Of a DNA stretch of 64,000 nucleotides, positions 59,901-64,000 are shown piece by piece. Source of the DNA: Balanoglossus misakiensis (taxonomy: Eukaryota; Animalia; Hemichordata); assembly GCA_040954595.2 (NCBI GenBank), contig CM082578.2:11477166-11541165 (forward strand). Reading direction: 5' to 3'. Below the pieces are notes generated by a model. That model did not search any database. It saw nothing but the letters and a program-made list of their open reading frames with translations, and had not been told where the DNA came from. Numbering within the stretch: position 1 is the first letter of the stretch; every line of letters begins with the position of its first letter. Made by a program: the position numbers and the translations under genes.

Positions 59901-62385
59901 TCAAAAGTTATTTTTTTCCTTTGACAACGATATGAGGACGCTTGATTGTGTTTTCGTCGCAGGTTACGTCATTCACTATGCTTCTGCCTCCGATCTGAGC
60001 CAAGACCAATGGTCTTCCGTTCACGTTTCCGGCGAAAGCGTGCAGTACCAAGTAACGAATCTGACACCCAACTCTGTGTATTATGTCAAGATGCAAGCCA
60101 GCAACGAGTATGGCCAGAGTCCAATGTCAAATCTGGTCATTTTTAACACTGGAGGTAATGCGAGATATTGTTGGGTTCAAAGGGACAGTTCAGACAACTG
60201 TACAGGTGCATCAGAAATCGATACTTAGAGCAGATTTTGGTATAGTTAGGCCTAAATACTAGTAGTTCATTAACGCTTGGCCTATACACGTTATTGGGAT
60301 CCCTGAGCCACAACGAAAACGCACAGCGTCAAATTAAGACGTTCAACAATTTGCCATTTTGTAATAGTTACACTTTAAAGGCATTTCGATTGTTTTGCTA
60401 CGTTGTCCGTAATTTAATTCTGCGTCTCGCTGGCAATGAATGGCCGTCATCATTATGAAGATACGAGGCACAGACAAACGCACTAATTATTCACACATGC
60501 ATGCATGCATTTTATATCCATTGCCCAGAAACCACTTCGCAAATGTGCGATGCTCCGAACGCTCCAGAGAACGGTGGCGTTCGTTGCGAGGGAGACAACA
60601 CAGTAGGTACTACCTGTCACTTCACCTGCAACGAAGGGTTTAGGCCTACTTCGGATGATGGTTTAGTCATCAGATGTACAGATGGAGGCAGGTGGGATGG
60701 ACCTGTTCCAGAATGTGCGCAACCCGAAGGTATGATTGATAACGGTTTTTACAGTATGGTGGAATACTGGTGTGATATATCTGCAGTTACGTACATGCAT
60801 GTGCCGACGTATGTACTGTCAGGTAGGGTGTAAAGCGTTGCTGAGTTGGCCTATCTCCATGTAATAACCATCTAGAGTTCGAGACAGGTTTAGATGAATC
60901 ACACTACTATACCGCTTGTTTGTTCCAGAAACCATCTATGCTGGATGTTACGTCTTCCCAAATCCCGCGATGAATCGCCGTATGGAGAATTACAAGCCAA
61001 TCCAAGGCAGAATATTGGTATCTCAAAAGGTAACGATTGTCGTAGCAGTGTCGGTGTAGATTGTGCATATGATAATATAGGCTGCATTTGTCAAGTCGAC
61101 TACAATGATACCCCCAGTTTTTTTTTTAGAAAGCTGAGTACAGTTCTCTTTGGTTGACCTATACGTTATTTTTTATTTTTCTGGCTCTCTCTTTCCTCTT
61201 GTTTGGTATCAAAAGCAGTTCCCACCCTCCCGATAGGTACTTTAAAGTCAACATTTCCTTTGCATTGTGACTCAAACGAGTGTACGCTCTGCCGGAATCA
61301 TACAGGTGCGACACGAGGCTTGTTTTGGGCACAGGAAAACCAAACTTGGTAATTCCTCATCAATTTAATCATTACCTAGGGATATACCAATATGCCAAGG
61401 CAGCTATGCTAAGCCCAACTTAAATTTGTTTTCCTATCTGGAGTGGTGGCAAGATGAGATCCGATCCCGATATGATATAACAGCAATAACCTGACTTGGT
61501 AACATTTCAACCCAAAGGAATCCGAAGAGCAAATTGATGTCGTTCTGAACCTGGTCGGGTTTGAGGCCAATTCTACCCACGGCTTCCACGTTCACCAGTA
61601 CGGCTACATAGACGTCAGACGGGGGTGCAGCGCCACCGGTGGCCATTACAACCCCCATGGGAAAGTACACGGCGCTCCTGGAGACGAAGAAAGGTATTAC
61701 TATATTGTTAGTCCTGTGTCATTCACTGCTAAAATGTTCAGAAGACATTGGCCATTTATTTAGCACTGCAGTCAATCATTCTATTCAATAGAATTCATGT
61801 GATATATTTTGTGCATTCTGGAGAAGGATCGTTTGTCGTTAGTACTTACTTTCTCTGAAACGATCACTACCACCACCTCTGAACACTGCATTATCATCAC
61901 TGTAAATGAAGACCACAAACGAACACATGAAGCCATTTCTGATGCCCTCCTCCCTCTCTCTTAAAATCTTAGACACGTTGGTGATTTCGGTAATATCCAA
62001 AGTGACGAGAATGGAAGGGTCAGACTGACCATTTCAGATCACGTAGCCTCTCTCGTAGGCGAGTACTCAATCATTGGACGAGCCTTTGTTGTAAGTAAAT
62101 TTACAAAAATATATTTATATTGAATAACAAAATAATTCCAAAGACGAAACGCGTCGATATATAGATGCTTTTCCGTACCGATTCTCAGTGTGATTGAACT
62201 TCGCCAACGACTGTTCGTTCTAACTGATAGTAATCACTGTTAACTCTGCGTTGAATACTTTTCTCTCCTAGATTCATGCTGGAATAGACGATCTTGGACG
62301 AGGCGGTGACGAAGGCAGTCTTGCCACCGGGAACGCCGGTGCCCGCCTTGCCTGCTGTACCATCGGCCGTGTGCCTAAGCCGTAG
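53921..62385 (+). CDS. Secreted multidomain protein SP-FN3x3-WAP-CCP-FN3-CCP-Cu/Zn superoxide dismutase, ~800 aa
   Basis: 16 phase-compatible GT-AG exons: 53921-53981, 55839-56010, 56454-56608, 56845-56967, 57106-57330, 57608-57724, 57903-58091, 58406-58570 (WAP), 58978-59169 (CCP), 59721-59828, 59963-60154, 60529-60729 (CCP), 60929-61029, 61518-61693, 61973-62090, 62272-62385. SOD part: [80 protein letters not shown]. Confidence 0.85.
56325..56398. repeat. (CCCA)n/(CCAT)n tetranucleotide microsatellite, intronic
   Basis: Read directly. It explains the WMDG-repeat antisense ORF. Confidence 0.9.
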
Positions 62386-63769
62386 AAACTCGGCCATCAT
62401 GGCTGGAAATCGCCGATTTCGGCACTGGACAATTATAGTACACTTCAGATTGTTCACAATATGTAGTTTATTTCAAGCGTATGCATGCCTCAAACGTGCC
62501 TGACTTGCGGAATGTATTTTGCATGATATACCGATGCTGGCTGTCAGGGATTTCACGTACTGTATTGATGACGAAACCGTCTACAGTTATTAAAGAGACA
62601 CTTTACTCAACACAAACAGCAGTTATTTACTTGACTAACATCTAGTGAGACATGAAATAGCACAACATCTCTAGTAGAAGGATTGTGAGATGAGGATTAT
62701 GGTATAGGTCGATCTCAGTATTCCCAGGCATACCCTGTCCCAGGCCTGCAGTATCCCCTGAAATTCGACGATTTTCCAACCTGCGCTATAAAAGTAAAAC
62801 GCAAGAAGTGATATGTGTATTGTATTGTATTTCTTTTTGTCGTACATGTACTGGATTGTTGTCAGATACCGCGACAGGTTGGTAAAAATATGACCCCCCC
62901 TTCACCGCATTGATAAAATCTAACCCTTTGTCGAGATATGCTTGTTTCTAATCTGAATTGTTTATTTGCTTGTTTATCAGCGTCTTTCACAATATTGATC
63001 ACGTACACATTCAGTTTATTGAACAGATTGGGCGATACACATGGTACATGTTTTGTAACCTTCCCACCAAGCCACAGACACCAAGCCTTCCCTCTCCATG
63101 GAGGTACTAGCCATACCTCTCCACACCCTCCCCTATTTCTCTGGTTCATCCATCCCTCATTCCTCTCAGCGGGGAAGCGCCACTCTGGGCGGGGAAATCA
63201 AGCCTTTATACGGTCACCTGTATGTAAATTCAGTGGTCGAATATAAGCTGTAGTCGCTTTGCTCAATTTTGAAATCATAAAGTTTGTTGAATGTGTTTGA
63301 ACCCATAGAAAAACCATTGGCGAAAAAATGCAGATTTTTTTTGCGTCCTTAATCTGTTCAATTATATTATGTGCACAATGTGGCAAATTCTTTGAAAGTT
63401 CAGAATGAGTTTACATGTACTTCAGACAAATGAATGGGTGTGTGGAGTGACCGTGGTTGGCCGAGAATCCAACTTTACCGTGCCTCCTCTTCACGGCTGT
63501 ATCGCTTAGTATGCAAAACGCCTATGCTGCAACCACAAAATTAGCATATAATCAAGTTTGTCTGAAAAGATCGCTTATCGACCCCCTGGCCATAAATAAA
63601 CAACCCATGACCCCAGATACTTAAGAGAATCAGATAGCAAGGGTAAAGTCAGCAGATCACGGTAGGCGAACTCAACACCGGTTCTCTACAAAACAACTCG
63701 TCCTTCTGAAATCTGCGTGTAACCCAAGGCTGTGCCCAACAGTGGCTGTGAAAGTATCGACGAACCAAG

Positions 63770-63827
63770 ATGGAGCGCTTTGCTATTCTCGTAGTAGCAT
63801 GCGTGTTCTTCACTTCGTGTGCTACAG
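63770..63827 (+). CDS. Probable first coding exon (signal peptide) of a downstream secreted or membrane protein, truncated by the window end
   Basis: AAGATGG start context, translation MERFAILVVACVFFTSCAT(G), then a consensus donor CAG|GTAAGT in phase 1. Confidence 0.6.
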
Positions 63828-64000
63828 GTAAGTTTCTCTGGGGAATAATCATTTGCAGAAATCACGGCGCGTCTACCGCACAGGTACAGATTGGGGTTTC
63901 GGTGCGTAGTCTCGGTTGCCGGTTATAATCCTTACAAAAGTGTGGCTTTCTGTCTGTGCATGATGCATCCTCGCCAAATTTATGTCTGTAGGTTTTGCGC

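Noticed and set aside
55839-60154. WAP plus four FN3 domains suggesting anosmin-1 (KAL1)
   Set aside because: The order differs (WAP follows three FN3), there is no N-terminal Cys-rich box, and CCP and SOD domains are present.

Overview
Intron-rich animal genomic DNA, probably an invertebrate (species not determinable from sequence alone). Bases 1-16.5 kb are gene-free and CpG-rich and look like a regulatory landscape. A compact cluster follows, arranged as three consecutive head-to-head pairs: SEC61A(-) with a myristoylated tandem-C2 protein(+); then, after a tRNA-Thr(TGT), RUVBL1(-) with CCDC146(+); then GSAP(-) with IRAK4(+). The standout feature is a 16-exon gene at 53921-62385(+). Hand-splicing gives one ~800-aa secreted protein: signal peptide-FN3-FN3-FN3-WAP-CCP-FN3-CCP-Cu/Zn superoxide dismutase, with all SOD metal ligands intact. 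I do not recognise this architecture from known SOD families. A signal-peptide exon of a further gene starts at 63770. All exon assemblies are manual, and homology calls come from remembered sequences, not database searches.
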